A stretch of DNA of 64,000 nucleotides from an uncultured bacterium (GCA_963851445.1 CAWKPH010000001.1:233363-297362); one strand, 5' to 3'; counted from the stretch's first letter, positions 1 through 8,955 are shown. Notes: generated by a model from the letters alone, not told the origin. Numbers and translations: made by a program.

Positions 1-302
1 TCCTGAAACCGATCCGGGGCCGAATTGTATCTTCTTCCGGCAGAGATGAGGCGAAACGTGCAGAGGGCCTTGCCTATAAGGAAGGTCGCTACTACTTCTG
101 CATTATTCGCGATCTCTCGGACGACAAGCGAAGAAAGATTCTAAAGGTCATCATGGTTCGGAAAATCGACCTTGAGAATTTTGCGGAATATCTCGCAAAT
201 CCACCTAGCGTTGGAAACTTCGAGCTGTTCAAGACAATCGCGCGAACTTACCATTCAGCGCCCTCAGAACATTTTCTCGACGTCAAAATTACGCTCACCT
301 AG
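1..302 (+). CDS. Hypothetical protein, 5'-truncated (array unit)
   Basis: Open frame from 3 (LKPIRGRIVSS...DVKITLT) to TAG at 300-302, followed by a terminator; translated by hand. Confidence 0.65.
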   Translation, partial: LKPIRGRIVSSSGRDEAKRAEGLAYKEGRYYFCIIRDLSDDKRRKILKVIMVRKIDLENFAEYLANPPSVGNFELFKTIARTYHSAPSEHFLDVKITLT

Positions 303-329
303 TTTGTGGTCTATGGGAGACCCACCCTG

Positions 330-358
330 GCCGTCATTCGCAAGGATGGCGGCTTTTT
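330..358 (+). terminator. Rho-independent terminator
   Basis: gccgtcat...atggcggc stem followed by ttttt. Confidence 0.75.
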
Positions 359-359
359 C

Positions 360-393
360 ATACCAAACATGTTCTAACCTGCTCTACCATGCG
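360..393 (+). repeat. Junction motif copy 1 (subtype A)
   Basis: ataccaaacatGTTCTAAcctgctctaccatgcg; core at 371-377. Confidence 0.8.
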
Positions 394-397
394 AATC

Positions 398-426
398 TTG
401 ACATATAACTATAAATAGTGTATAAG
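398..426 (+). promoter_or_regulatory. Sigma70-type promoter
   Basis: TTGACA(398-403)-17 nt-TATAAG(421-426). Confidence 0.7.
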
Positions 427-529
427 TATATTAATTCCTAACGCCGTATGGCCTAGGTCGTTCCACAAGGAATCAGGGGTTTCTTGGTCTTTGTCCCTAT
501 ACAAAGATCTGCACGCAGGAGAAGCCATT

Positions 530-823
530 ATGGCTGAGATTCGTGGTCTTTCTATCCAGATGGGTCCGTCGAAGTTCTCTATTATGATGGGATTGTTCGA
601 CAACACAGCGAGCCTCTCACGAACCGTGAGATTCCACGCCGGCAACCTAGTCTACGACGTGAGCATCGACAGCGTCGAGAGAGAAGATGGTTCGGGAGAA
701 TCCTGGAACATCAGGGGCAGCGCCATTCGACCCAACCCCAACACGCCCAACAGAAGGTGGCGGAAAGTTTCAATCTATTTCCGAACCGATCGTCGAACGG
801 GACATCTGAAGTTCCTCGACTAG
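530..823 (+). CDS. Hypothetical protein (array unit)
   Basis: AGGAG SD at 517-521 before ATG 530; beta-rich sequence with REDGSGESWN; terminator downstream. Confidence 0.7.
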   Translation: MAEIRGLSIQMGPSKFSIMMGLFDNTASLSRTVRFHAGNLVYDVSIDSVEREDGSGESWNIRGSAIRPNPNTPNRRWRKVSIYFRTDRRTGHLKFLD

Positions 824-842
824 ACTCAACCGTCTGAACCCG

Positions 843-873
843 AGCCCTCGCATCACTAGTGTGCGAGGGCTTA
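843..873 (+). terminator. Terminator hairpin
   Basis: agccctcgca/tgcgagggct stem. Confidence 0.7.
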
Positions 874-881
874 AGCATTTC

Positions 882-903
882 TATGCAAAATAGGTTCTAA
901 ACT
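882..903 (+). repeat. Junction motif copy 2 (subtype B)
   Basis: tatgcaaaatagGTTCTAAact; 21/22 identical to copy 5. Confidence 0.8.
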
Positions 904-976
904 CACACATGAGCTGCCATTTTTAAAATCTATGGTACGGTGCTTCAAGATAAGGTTGTAGGTTAAGGGGGCAGGA

Positions 977-1345
977 ATGCCGAAGACTATGGAAGCTGAA
1001 GACCGCGTAGTTGTTCTTAGTGGTCCACCTCACACACGAATATACCAGGAATGGAATAGCCGCCTCACGTTTGAAGGCAGTCCTGTGCTTCTCGTGACTC
1101 TTCCCGCTCTCGAGGGAAAAGTGACTCAAAAAGAGCAGGAGGTTCTCGACACGCTGCGTCCATACAAGATTGAGATCGGAACAGATCTCTTCGTTCTTGA
1201 TGTGGGTGGAGTCATCGACGAAAAGACTCAACGGGATATTGAGATTGCTCAAGAGCTGGGCAAGCGCATTCGCTACCTAAGCCAGGAGCACCCCGAATGG
1301 CCTGCATGGAAAGAGGGTGATTATTTGTGGGCACCTCCTAAGTAA
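977..1345 (+). CDS. Nucleoside 2-deoxyribosyltransferase-like fold protein (divergent)
   Basis: VVVLSG...KIEIGTDLFVLDVGGVIDEKTQRDIEIAQELGKRIRYL resembles the NDT-like C-terminal signature. Confidence 0.55.
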   Translation: MPKTMEAEDRVVVLSGPPHTRIYQEWNSRLTFEGSPVLLVTLPALEGKVTQKEQEVLDTLRPYKIEIGTDLFVLDVGGVIDEKTQRDIEIAQELGKRIRYLSQEHPEWPAWKEGDYLWAPPK

Positions 1346-1408
1346 GAAGAGCGCACGAACTTAAGCTGAAGGTAGCGCCACGAGCGGGCCTTTTCTTTTT
1401 CTTTTTGC

Positions 1409-1440
1409 ATACAACATGTTCTAACGTCCTCTATGATGCG
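1409..1440 (+). repeat. Junction motif copy 3 (subtype A)
   Basis: atacaacatGTTCTAAcgtcctctatgatgcg; 24/28 identical to copy 1; follows a T-tract. Confidence 0.8.
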
Positions 1441-1526
1441 GAGCTGACTTATTTAAAATAAATGGTACAGTGCGTTCGAATGTTGTTTCTACTCTAGTTC
1501 TTTCGTGGTCTGGGAGGGCCAACCCA

Positions 1527-2249
1527 ATGAACGGTACTGAAATGAAAGAACTGCCAGACGCAGTGATCTATGAACAAAGCCTAGGCTATTGGCCTTACAA
1601 AGATTCCCTTCACATGGTTCAAGCTCTCACTGTCCAGCTGGATCGAGGCCGTGGAAAACTTCTTGATATCATGTGCGGTCCTGGCTATCTGTTGGGATGC
1701 ATGGCAGTTTTACATCGCGATCTGAAACTTGTCGGAGTCGACATCGACGAACGTTATGTCGACTACGGCCGTGCGACCTATCAAGGAATTTCCTTCGAGC
1801 AGGGCGACGTCCTCAACTGGCAATCTGAAGAGCCTTTCGACACGGTTCTCTGCACCGGCGCTCTACATCACGTACCCTACGAGCAACAAGAAACCGCCAT
1901 AGCCAACATGGCGAAACTTCTAAAGCCTGATGGTGTTCTGATACTATCGGACGCCTATGTGAACGATTATCAGAATGAACAGCAGAGGCAGGCTGCGGCT
2001 GCCAAACTCGGGTACGAATATCTCGTTGCTACCATTGGTAATGGGGCACCTGAAAAGATAGTTGAGTGGACGATCGATATCCTTCACAACGATGTTTTAG
2101 GACACGAGTTCAAAACGTCCATCGCAAGACGTATCCCGGTTCTTGAAAAGTATTTCGGGAAAGTCAGAACCCGCAAGGTATGGCCTGACGCATGGCCAGA
2201 GATGGGCGCCGGCTATGGAGATCACATCCATGTGTGCACGCTAACCTAA
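1527..2249 (+). CDS. Class I SAM-dependent methyltransferase
   Basis: LLDIMCGPG motif I, GVDID, FDTVLCTGALHH, LLKPDG; GGAGG SD before ATG 1527. Confidence 0.9.
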   Translation: MNGTEMKELPDAVIYEQSLGYWPYKDSLHMVQALTVQLDRGRGKLLDIMCGPGYLLGCMAVLHRDLKLVGVDIDERYVDYGRATYQGISFEQGDVLNWQSEEPFDTVLCTGALHHVPYEQQETAIANMAKLLKPDGVLILSDAYVNDYQNEQQRQAAAAKLGYEYLVATIGNGAPEKIVEWTIDILHNDVLGHEFKTSIARRIPVLEKYFGKVRTRKVWPDAWPEMGAGYGDHIHVCTLT

Positions 2250-2280
2250 ATGAGCTATCTTCGAAGTCACGCTGGCACAG

Positions 2281-2319
2281 GCCGCAGTTTGAGGTCCCAT
2301 TCCTCCCCTGCGGCTTTTT
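2281..2319 (+). terminator. Rho-independent terminator
   Basis: gccgcag...ctgcggc followed by ttttt. Confidence 0.65.
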
Positions 2320-2320
2320 C

Positions 2321-2343
2321 ATATCAAGGTTCTTACGTCTCTT
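2321..2343 (+). repeat. Junction motif copy 4 (degenerate subtype A)
   Basis: atatcaagGTTCTTAcgtctctt; TTGACA follows at 2362. Confidence 0.65.
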
Positions 2344-2468
2344 TCAGATAGGAACTCGAATTTGACATGTTCACTTATTATAGTACTGTTCAACAAGTCC
2401 CAATCTCAGAGACCTTCGGGTCGGAAAGGTGAACATGCGTATCTATAACGGGTCGCTACCCTCGGTTT

Positions 2469-3284
2469 GTGAATCCGGTCGAACAGGCGCGGCGCGCATA
2501 CCGCTTCGCGCTTTGGTTAGTTACTTCAACGCTCTCGCTGTCCGCTTTTGCCGGATTCGCGTCGGCGTCGGAGTCGGAACCGAACAACGAGAGTGACGGT
2601 GGAAATGCGCCGCAGACCTATGTCCTCGAAACGGTGCCGCAACCCATTCTCACACTCTCGGGTGGGCTGCGCACCGAGAAGCTCGGGGACAATGGCTTCG
2701 TGCTCCATTCAGGCCCTATTGCCTGGACGGGGGCGAACGTATCGCTCTCGAATGGTTGGTCTGTCAACACCTGGGAATCGCGCTCACTTTCGGGCTCCAA
2801 TGGTTCGGACGAGAACGATCTCGGTGTTTGCAAGACCGGCTCCATCGGCGCGAACGCGCTTACTGGCTGTTTCGCCTACTACGACATCCGACCTCTGTTC
2901 AACGCTAAGGGCGGAGACATCGTCTCCCCCTATGCTGAACTGGACCGTCCGCTCGGACAGAACTGGACAGTGATCGGCAAAGTCGCCGCTTACTTGCACA
3001 CCGAGAAGCCGGGCAACGACGGGGGCGTGGTGTCAGCGGGACTACAGAAGACCTTCCAGGCGGGGAATCTCTCGCTCGTCCAAGTCGGCTCGGTCGCCGT
3101 TTCAGACGGCCCGTTCCAACAGAAGGCAGGCGCCGAGTTCCGCTACGACGCGTCCCTAAAGGTGCCGCTCACCAATCGGATGAAGCTGGAGATCCTCTGG
3201 GTCAAGGCGTTCAAACCGCTGCTGGGAGCAAGGGATCGAGGACCGGTGTTCTCGTTTGGCACCGGTCTGACCCTCGCCTATTAA
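2469..3284 (+). CDS. Signal-peptide protein with outer-membrane beta-barrel-like pattern
   Basis: Signal peptide (...SAFAGFASA), amphipathic beta-strands, C-terminal FSFGTGLTLAY; visibly GC-rich; start uncertain. Confidence 0.65.
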   Translation: MNPVEQARRAYRFALWLVTSTLSLSAFAGFASASESEPNNESDGGNAPQTYVLETVPQPILTLSGGLRTEKLGDNGFVLHSGPIAWTGANVSLSNGWSVNTWESRSLSGSNGSDENDLGVCKTGSIGANALTGCFAYYDIRPLFNAKGGDIVSPYAELDRPLGQNWTVIGKVAAYLHTEKPGNDGGVVSAGLQKTFQAGNLSLVQVGSVAVSDGPFQQKAGAEFRYDASLKVPLTNRMKLEILWVKAFKPLLGARDRGPVFSFGTGLTLAY

Positions 3285-3315
3285 TTAGGCGACATCGTGC
3301 ATCGACTATAGCTTG

Positions 3316-3346
3316 GGAGCCTGCTTCGGCGGGCTTCTTTTCTTTT
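3316..3346 (+). terminator. Rho-independent terminator
   Basis: ggagcctgc-ttcg-gcgggcttc followed by a T-tract. Confidence 0.8.
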
Positions 3347-3367
3347 ATACAAAATAGGTTCTAAACT
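3346..3367 (+). repeat. Junction motif copy 5 (subtype B)
   Basis: tatacaaaatagGTTCTAAact. Confidence 0.8.
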
Positions 3368-3439
3368 GATGTATAGTGGAAATACCCAGTCAACAAATCT
3401 GAAGTAGACTTATCACCTAAACTTTAATGTTGCTCACGT

Positions 3440-4072
3440 ATGCTTACTTTACTTGCTAGTGCCGTTACGTCAGTCTTGATGCTCCTTGGTCTAGGTACGA
3501 CAGCTAATCCTTCGGTTCACTTATCTTCATTTTTTCCTCCGAAGCCTCCAACAGTGGTCATTGATCCGAGTACCCTATCAAACCAAGATGCAGCGCCCGT
3601 CATTGGGGGGGATAAGATGCTTACTCCAGTGTTTAATGTGAGTGTAAAAAATAAATTAGGGAAGCTCGTGTTTAGTGGTGCCGCAAATTTTAATTACGAT
3701 GCTAATGGAGATTACTTTCCTGGCGCATCGTGGTTCGTACAAATACATCCACAACTTCCCATTGGAACATACGAGGTAACTGCTAATGCTGCCACGGGGA
3801 CACTAAAAGTAGTTTCTAGTAACTACATCTTGGTCAACCAGAGCAGTCTTGTTGCCAACAGCCCTATAATTTCAGGAACCGCAAAAGGACCGACGTCTAT
3901 AACAGTTACAGAGTGTTTGGGTCCATCTTGTAACTATGCAACCGTACCAGTCATTGCAGGTGAATGGTCCGTGTCCACCAAAAGTTTTAAGCCAAATTCT
4001 GAGGCGTTAGAAAATGGCACCATCATAACAGCAGCGGGAGATAATATTCATGGACTTGGACTTGTGAACTAG
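3440..4072 (+). CDS. Secreted/membrane-anchored Ig-like domain protein
   Basis: N-terminal hydrophobic segment; PIISGTA...GEWSV and LPIGTYEVT are Big-domain-like. Confidence 0.6.
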   Translation: MLTLLASAVTSVLMLLGLGTTANPSVHLSSFFPPKPPTVVIDPSTLSNQDAAPVIGGDKMLTPVFNVSVKNKLGKLVFSGAANFNYDANGDYFPGASWFVQIHPQLPIGTYEVTANAATGTLKVVSSNYILVNQSSLVANSPIISGTAKGPTSITVTECLGPSCNYATVPVIAGEWSVSTKSFKPNSEALENGTIITAAGDNIHGLGLVN

Positions 4073-4084
4073 AACCGATTTGTT

Positions 4085-4115
4085 ATATCAACCAGGTTCT
4101 AACGTCCTCTACCAT
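4085..4115 (+). repeat. Junction motif copy 6 (subtype A)
   Basis: atatcaaccagGTTCTAAcgtcctctaccat. Confidence 0.8.
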
Positions 4116-4190
4116 AAGACGCTCATAATCCTCTTTTTAATGTTACTGTACCCATGGATCTTGGTTAGCGTGCCAAAAACATTGGGGGTC

Positions 4191-4409
4191 ATGATGGCTT
4201 CGTATGAAAAAACGGAACAAGTTGAAGAGGCTCTAGCAATAGAGTTCTACAAATACATCATAGGTACGGCCATCATATCTGATGAGCTACATGGTTATGC
4301 TGTGGTGCTCTATCGCATCCCTGAGCAAGCTATTTTTGCCGTTCCCTCTATACGAGATGGGGTAAAGGTAGTGCTGAAGGTAACCGAGGCGCGCAGGTAT
4401 ATCCCGTAA
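4191..4409 (+). CDS. Small hypothetical protein (array unit)
   Basis: GGGGG before ATG 4191; TG-n-TACTGT upstream; terminator at 4422-4447. Confidence 0.6.
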   Translation: MMASYEKTEQVEEALAIEFYKYIIGTAIISDELHGYAVVLYRIPEQAIFAVPSIRDGVKVVLKVTEARRYIP

Positions 4410-4421
4410 TCAAGTCAAACC

Positions 4422-4447
4422 GGCTGCACAAATAGTGTGGCCTTTTC
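4422..4447 (+). terminator. Rho-independent terminator
   Basis: ggctgcac...gtgtggcc followed by tttt. Confidence 0.6.
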
Positions 4448-4556
4448 TATAGCACCAACATTCCAAGTTCATACTAGGGGATAAGCCTAGCCAAAGGCAG
4501 GATCCGTGGTATAAATATCTCCACGCGCTTTCATACGGCCTTAGGGAGGTCTACCA

Positions 4557-4700
4557 ATGAGAAAGAGACGCGCTTCAGTTCCTTTACAGTTGCTTTCCAA
4601 CAAGTGGTGTGACGACCCGGCACCTAGACCCGACGGGACATCAGCCGAGACTTTGGCTGAAATCGAACAGTCGCTTCGTCGTCGAAATCCCCAATCCTAA
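4557..4700 (+). CDS. 47-aa hypothetical protein
   Basis: GGGAGG SD; MRKRRASVPL...RRRNPQS*; TGG-TATAAA upstream; below the ORF-track cutoff. Confidence 0.45.
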   Translation: MRKRRASVPLQLLSNKWCDDPAPRPDGTSAETLAEIEQSLRRRNPQS

Positions 4701-4718
4701 GATTCGAGGGAGTCCATT

Positions 4719-4925
4719 ATGGGTTTATCAATGCATCCAGGTGTACTAGCAGGGTGTTCTCCGAAGGAGTGGGTCAAGCATCCTAGAGTACGCGCGGCGC
4801 GTGGGTCTGAGCCCGGCAGCGCACCCCTACAACTTCACGTACCGGACATCCGCATTTTGGGGCTCACTCCTCGTTCGGAGATATTTCTTTCTCCGAACGA
4901 CAACCCTAGAATGCTTCCACATTGA
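4719..4925 (+). CDS. Small hypothetical protein (possibly decayed)
   Basis: GGGAG SD before ATG; no recognisable motif. Confidence 0.3.
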   Translation: MGLSMHPGVLAGCSPKEWVKHPRVRAARGSEPGSAPLQLHVPDIRILGLTPRSEIFLSPNDNPRMLPH

Positions 4926-4992
4926 CTATCGCCTGTTCAAAAAAGAGCCGGCGATTTTTATTACGAACCTACTCGAAGCGAGCACGGCATCA

Positions 4993-6129
4993 CTACTTCT
5001 GAAGTGCCTCAAGTCCTGGTAGTGTGCCCTTGGCAAGAAAATCAAGCATGGCGCCACCTCCCGTTGAAATGAATGAGAACCGTGCGGCTGCACCAAGTTC
5101 CTCAATTGCGGCGATGGTATCGCCTCCCCCAACTATCGAGTGTGCGCTACTAGCGGCAATTGCTCTCGCAAGTGCAAAGGTGCTTTCGGTAAAACCATTT
5201 TCGTAATTACCAAGCGGCCCATTCCAAAGAATTGTTTTCGAATCTTTTACAAGTCCCGCAAGTAGGGCACTTGTTCTAGGACCTTCGTCGAGAATTGCCT
5301 TGTCTATCGGAATATCTGTAAGAGGAACAACGTGGCTTTCGGATTGTTTCGAACCGAGTACACCAACGACGGCATCAATGGGCGGTGCGAGTTTTCTGTT
5401 TGCAAGTAGATTTTTGATTTCTTTAGGATCGGTGTCTGAAACGAGTGAGGTCCCTACGCTATAGCCAAGTCCTTTTACGAAATCATTTCCAAGCGCGCCG
5501 CCTGCAAAAACTCGGTCGTACAGTTCGAGAAGCCGTACCAACACCGGTTCCTTAGTCGCAAACTTCGCTCCTCCGATAACAGCTAGCGCAGGGTGTTCAG
5601 GACGCAGGCCTTTTGAAAGTTCCCGTACTTCTTCTTCTACAAGTAGTCCCGCGTAGGAAGGAAGCAATTTGGGCACACCAACGACCGAAGCGTGTGAACG
5701 ATGACACACATCAAATGAATCCTCGACGAAAACGTCAGCTAATTCAGAGAGTGCAATTGCAAAATTTTTATCGTTTGTAATTTCTCCCTTATCACGTCGA
5801 AGGTTCTCGAGCATGAGCACGTCGCCTGGATGAAGCGCGCGCACTGCTTCGCGTGCTGGGGAACCTATGGTGACGGGGCAAAACTTGAGGCCGGGTACGT
5901 ATGTTTTGAGTGCTTCATATACCGGTAAAAGTGTTTCGGTTCCTTCTTCACCTATGTGACCGATGAGTACAACGCGTGCATTTGCCTTTCGAAGGAATTC
6001 AATTGTAGGAAGTGCTTTGCGTAACCGGAATGAATTCATCACTTTGCCATTTGCCACCGGTACGTTTAGCGCAGCCCTCACGAGTACTGGTATATTTTCA
6101 AGCACCGGAATTTCACGAATGCCTTTCAT
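4993..6129 (-). CDS. pgk: Phosphoglycerate kinase
   Basis: LNVP, LENLR, GGAK, WNGPLG, GGGDT, ISTGGGA motifs. Confidence 0.97.
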   Translation of the reverse strand: MKGIREIPVLENIPVLVRAALNVPVANGKVMNSFRLRKALPTIEFLRKANARVVLIGHIGEEGTETLLPVYEALKTYVPGLKFCPVTIGSPAREAVRALHPGDVLMLENLRRDKGEITNDKNFAIALSELADVFVEDSFDVCHRSHASVVGVPKLLPSYAGLLVEEEVRELSKGLRPEHPALAVIGGAKFATKEPVLVRLLELYDRVFAGGALGNDFVKGLGYSVGTSLVSDTDPKEIKNLLANRKLAPPIDAVVGVLGSKQSESHVVPLTDIPIDKAILDEGPRTSALLAGLVKDSKTILWNGPLGNYENGFTESTFALARAIAASSAHSIVGGGDTIAAIEELGAAARFSFISTGGGAMLDFLAKGTLPGLEALQK

Positions 6130-6136
6130 GCACGTA

Positions 6137-6883
6137 CTACGAACGAATTGCTCTCACAAGCGCACTAAAAATATCTGAATCTGCACTCGAGCGTCCAGGA
6201 AGAAATCCGCCAACACCCGTATCCTCGCATAGCGCCCTAATATTCCCTGGCTCGACGGAGCCGCCGTATATGAGACGAATTTTCGAAGCGTTACCTCCTG
6301 GTACATAGTCACCAAGTACTTTACGTATATAGAGCATCATTTCCGCAAGATCGCGAGGAGTGATTGCGTCTGAGGCAGTTTTTCCGATTGCCCATATTGG
6401 TTCGTACGCGATAACAACGCTCATGCGTTCCTTAGGTGAGAGTCCTTGAAATATAGACGCTATTTGCGCGCGAAGCACCTGGAGGTACTGCGCATCAGGG
6501 TCACGTGTTTGCTCTCCTATACAAACGATGGGGGTAATTTTGCTTGCGAGCGCAGCGCGCGTTTTTTCAAATACCACTTGGTCGGTTTCTCCCATGCGAC
6601 GACGCTCGGAGTGACCAATAATGGCGTACGATACGCCGAGGTTATGAAGAAGAGCCGCCGTGACTTCGCCCGTACAAGCGCCTCCCGTAACTGTTGAGAG
6701 GTCCTGGGCGGCAAACGAAACCTTTGAACGATTTCCGGGAGCAAGTAACCCAAGGTAGGGGGCTGGGACGGCAAGAACAATCTCAATATCAGAAAGGAGT
6801 GCAAGTTTTTTTGCACTAGCAAACAATTTTTTTGCCTTATCGGTAGATTCTACGTACGCTTTCCAATTTCCAACGATGAGCAT
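6137..6883 (-). CDS. tpiA: Triosephosphate isomerase
   Basis: GNWK, GHSERR, AYEPIWAIG, YGGSV. Confidence 0.97.
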   Translation of the reverse strand: MLIVGNWKAYVESTDKAKKLFASAKKLALLSDIEIVLAVPAPYLGLLAPGNRSKVSFAAQDLSTVTGGACTGEVTAALLHNLGVSYAIIGHSERRRMGETDQVVFEKTRAALASKITPIVCIGEQTRDPDAQYLQVLRAQIASIFQGLSPKERMSVVIAYEPIWAIGKTASDAITPRDLAEMMLYIRKVLGDYVPGGNASKIRLIYGGSVEPGNIRALCEDTGVGGFLPGRSSADSDIFSALVRAIRS

Positions 6884-6910
6884 GCATATACGATACCACG
6901 CGCCTCCTTT

Positions 6911-8362
6911 TTACTCCTGATGCCAATTAACGAATTGATATGTCGTTGAGGTAACGGGCGTAAATGGCGGAGGGCTTGTTGCCAGCTGACGATCGTATGC
7001 GTCAATGCGTGTTGTGTATCCTGACGTCTGGGTCCCACTGCTATGACCGCAGCCATAACTACTTCCTGGGTATGACCACTGGGTACCCGTTCGATCGTTA
7101 GAAATGGTGCTGCCATGAATGGTAAGGGTGCCTTCAAGGTTATACGGGGCTTCAGAACAGGTATACATATTTCTTCCAAACGCTCCTCCTTGCGCAACGA
7201 ATATGCCGTTCAAGTTCATGTTGTAGGGAGAATTGGGCGTTATGAGTATGTCGTTGGCGCTGATGGCTGTGAGTCCTGATACACCGCTTGGATTACTATA
7301 GGTAATGTTGTTGGGGAGCATAATGTTAGGCGTTATACCGGGAGTCACCACATTAGCTGCGACAACGGTCACCTCGCTTGGTATTACGCCTTCAATCCAC
7401 GCATTGTCCTCGACATAAATAAGACTGCAGGTAGCGGGGATCGTGTAGGTACCAAGAAGTGTTTGGGTTGCGATGAGCGTGTAATCGTCTTGAAGAGTAG
7501 TGACGCTTTGGTTGTCGATTGGAAGAGACGGCTCGTCAGTTTCGCTCGTTACCTTATATACGGTAACGGTACCATTACTGTTAAATATGAGATGGTAGCC
7601 CTCCCCTGCGCTCTCGCCTGTTGTGCCCGAGCTGATGCGTGGGAAATAAAGTCCTGAGGACTGGGCAATTGACTTAAGTGAAGAGAAATTTGCAGAGATT
7701 GCTGAGAAATCTACTTGCGGTGTCGGGTAGTTCCAGAGCGCCTGATTGCCCCCTGCGCCGAATATGCCAGGTTCCGTTGTATTACTTGAGCACCCAAAAG
7801 AACTTGTACAGGTCCACGACGAAAGCGAGCTTGTGACTGGTGAATTGACGGTACCGTCCATGCGTATACCCCCATTGGAGTGATAGGGACCGAATATAAT
7901 ACGGTCAGCCCCCGCCCATACGCTACTGTTCACTATATAGGAGTACTCGGCAACGCTCGGCTCTGCATACCTTGCATTCACGGTTGCTGTTCCACCTGAA
8001 CCGTCATTGGTAGCGCCTTCTGAGGTGATGTCGACAGAGGTGAGCGCGTTACACTCCATGTTGCCCTTGATCGTGAGTGTGTAGGTTCCTATTTGCCCTC
8101 CTTCGGGATCGTTATAGGCAATGGTGAATGGGCCTGGCTGGCCTGTCCCGTTATCAAGGTCGGTAGGAAACTGCGTGAGGTGCCACTGGTAATACTCAAG
8201 ACCGGCTTCGGCGATCGAGAACGCCTTGCTTTCTCCCATACGGAGTATCTCAAGACGATTTTCCGAAAGCACGAAACTTGAAAGAGCACCCAGCACCATA
8301 AGAAAAATGGCACCAAATACGAGTGCGACAAGTATAAGGTAGCCACGAGGTGATTTTTTCAT
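6911..8362 (-). CDS. PilX-like minor pilin with large C-terminal domain
   Basis: RGYLILVALV N-terminus, AFSIAEAGLE motif. Confidence 0.75.
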   Translation of the reverse strand: MKKSPRGYLILVALVFGAIFLMVLGALSSFVLSENRLEILRMGESKAFSIAEAGLEYYQWHLTQFPTDLDNGTGQPGPFTIAYNDPEGGQIGTYTLTIKGNMECNALTSVDITSEGATNDGSGGTATVNARYAEPSVAEYSYIVNSSVWAGADRIIFGPYHSNGGIRMDGTVNSPVTSSLSSWTCTSSFGCSSNTTEPGIFGAGGNQALWNYPTPQVDFSAISANFSSLKSIAQSSGLYFPRISSGTTGESAGEGYHLIFNSNGTVTVYKVTSETDEPSLPIDNQSVTTLQDDYTLIATQTLLGTYTIPATCSLIYVEDNAWIEGVIPSEVTVVAANVVTPGITPNIMLPNNITYSNPSGVSGLTAISANDILITPNSPYNMNLNGIFVAQGGAFGRNMYTCSEAPYNLEGTLTIHGSTISNDRTGTQWSYPGSSYGCGHSSGTQTSGYTTRIDAYDRQLATSPPPFTPVTSTTYQFVNWHQE

Positions 8363-8955
8363 AAGTTTCGTAGCGTGGCGCTTCCAGTGAGTGTGTATGC
8401 TGAAGGCGCCCTCGTGGGATTTACGTCTATATCAAGCGTTGTCGTGATGGTGGTAATCGAATAAATGCTTGAGGACGAAGTGACCGCAGTATCACTGGCA
8501 TTATAATACTGAAAAATTGGTGTTGACGGGCTGTTCTGTACATACGTTGCAATCGTAGTCGTTGCTGCGGGTTGTCCTGCATACGAAGGTGGGGTGCCTG
8601 TTGCGGTTGTTATGCTTCGATAGAGCGTATTGCCAAGAAGATAGTACTGCAACATCTCGACATCACCCGTATTATTGTAGTCAGCATAAAAAGTCACTGA
8701 AGAGGTTCCGATATTGGCGATCGGATATGAGCCATCATCGCCGTACGAAGCCTCCCGTAGATCCTGAATCGCATTCGTAAGCCCAATCTGCGCATTTTCG
8801 ACCGCCGTTCCTTCTTGGAGAACATAGTCATTCCCCCGATAGATATATTGAATCATGAATCCGAGGATGAGCGTCACGATGCTTACGATGGCAATGACCA
8901 CGAGGGTCTCAAGAAGCGTGAAGCCCCGCTTGGGTACGTTAGAAAGCATCTGCAT
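8359..8955 (-). CDS. Type IV minor pilin (prepilin N-methylation motif)
   Basis: RGFTLLETLVVIAI. Confidence 0.9.
   Translation of the reverse strand: MQMLSNVPKRGFTLLETLVVIAIVSIVTLILGFMIQYIYRGNDYVLQEGTAVENAQIGLTNAIQDLREASYGDDGSYPIANIGTSSVTFYADYNNTGDVEMLQYYLLGNTLYRSITTATGTPPSYAGQPAATTTIATYVQNSPSTPIFQYYNASDTAVTSSSSIYSITTITTTLDIDVNPTRAPSAYTLTGSATLRNL

Noticed and set aside
367-392. Reverse complement TGGTAGAGCAGGTTAGAACA resembles tRNA D-loops
   Set aside because: No cloverleaf, anticodon arm or T-arm nearby.
360-4115. Junction motifs as a CRISPR array or classical integron attC sites
   Set aside because: Spacing is gene-sized and the copies are degenerate, with no cas genes. TTCTAAC resembles R'' but I found no paired R'/L boxes, and the recombinase lacks the IntI-specific patch.
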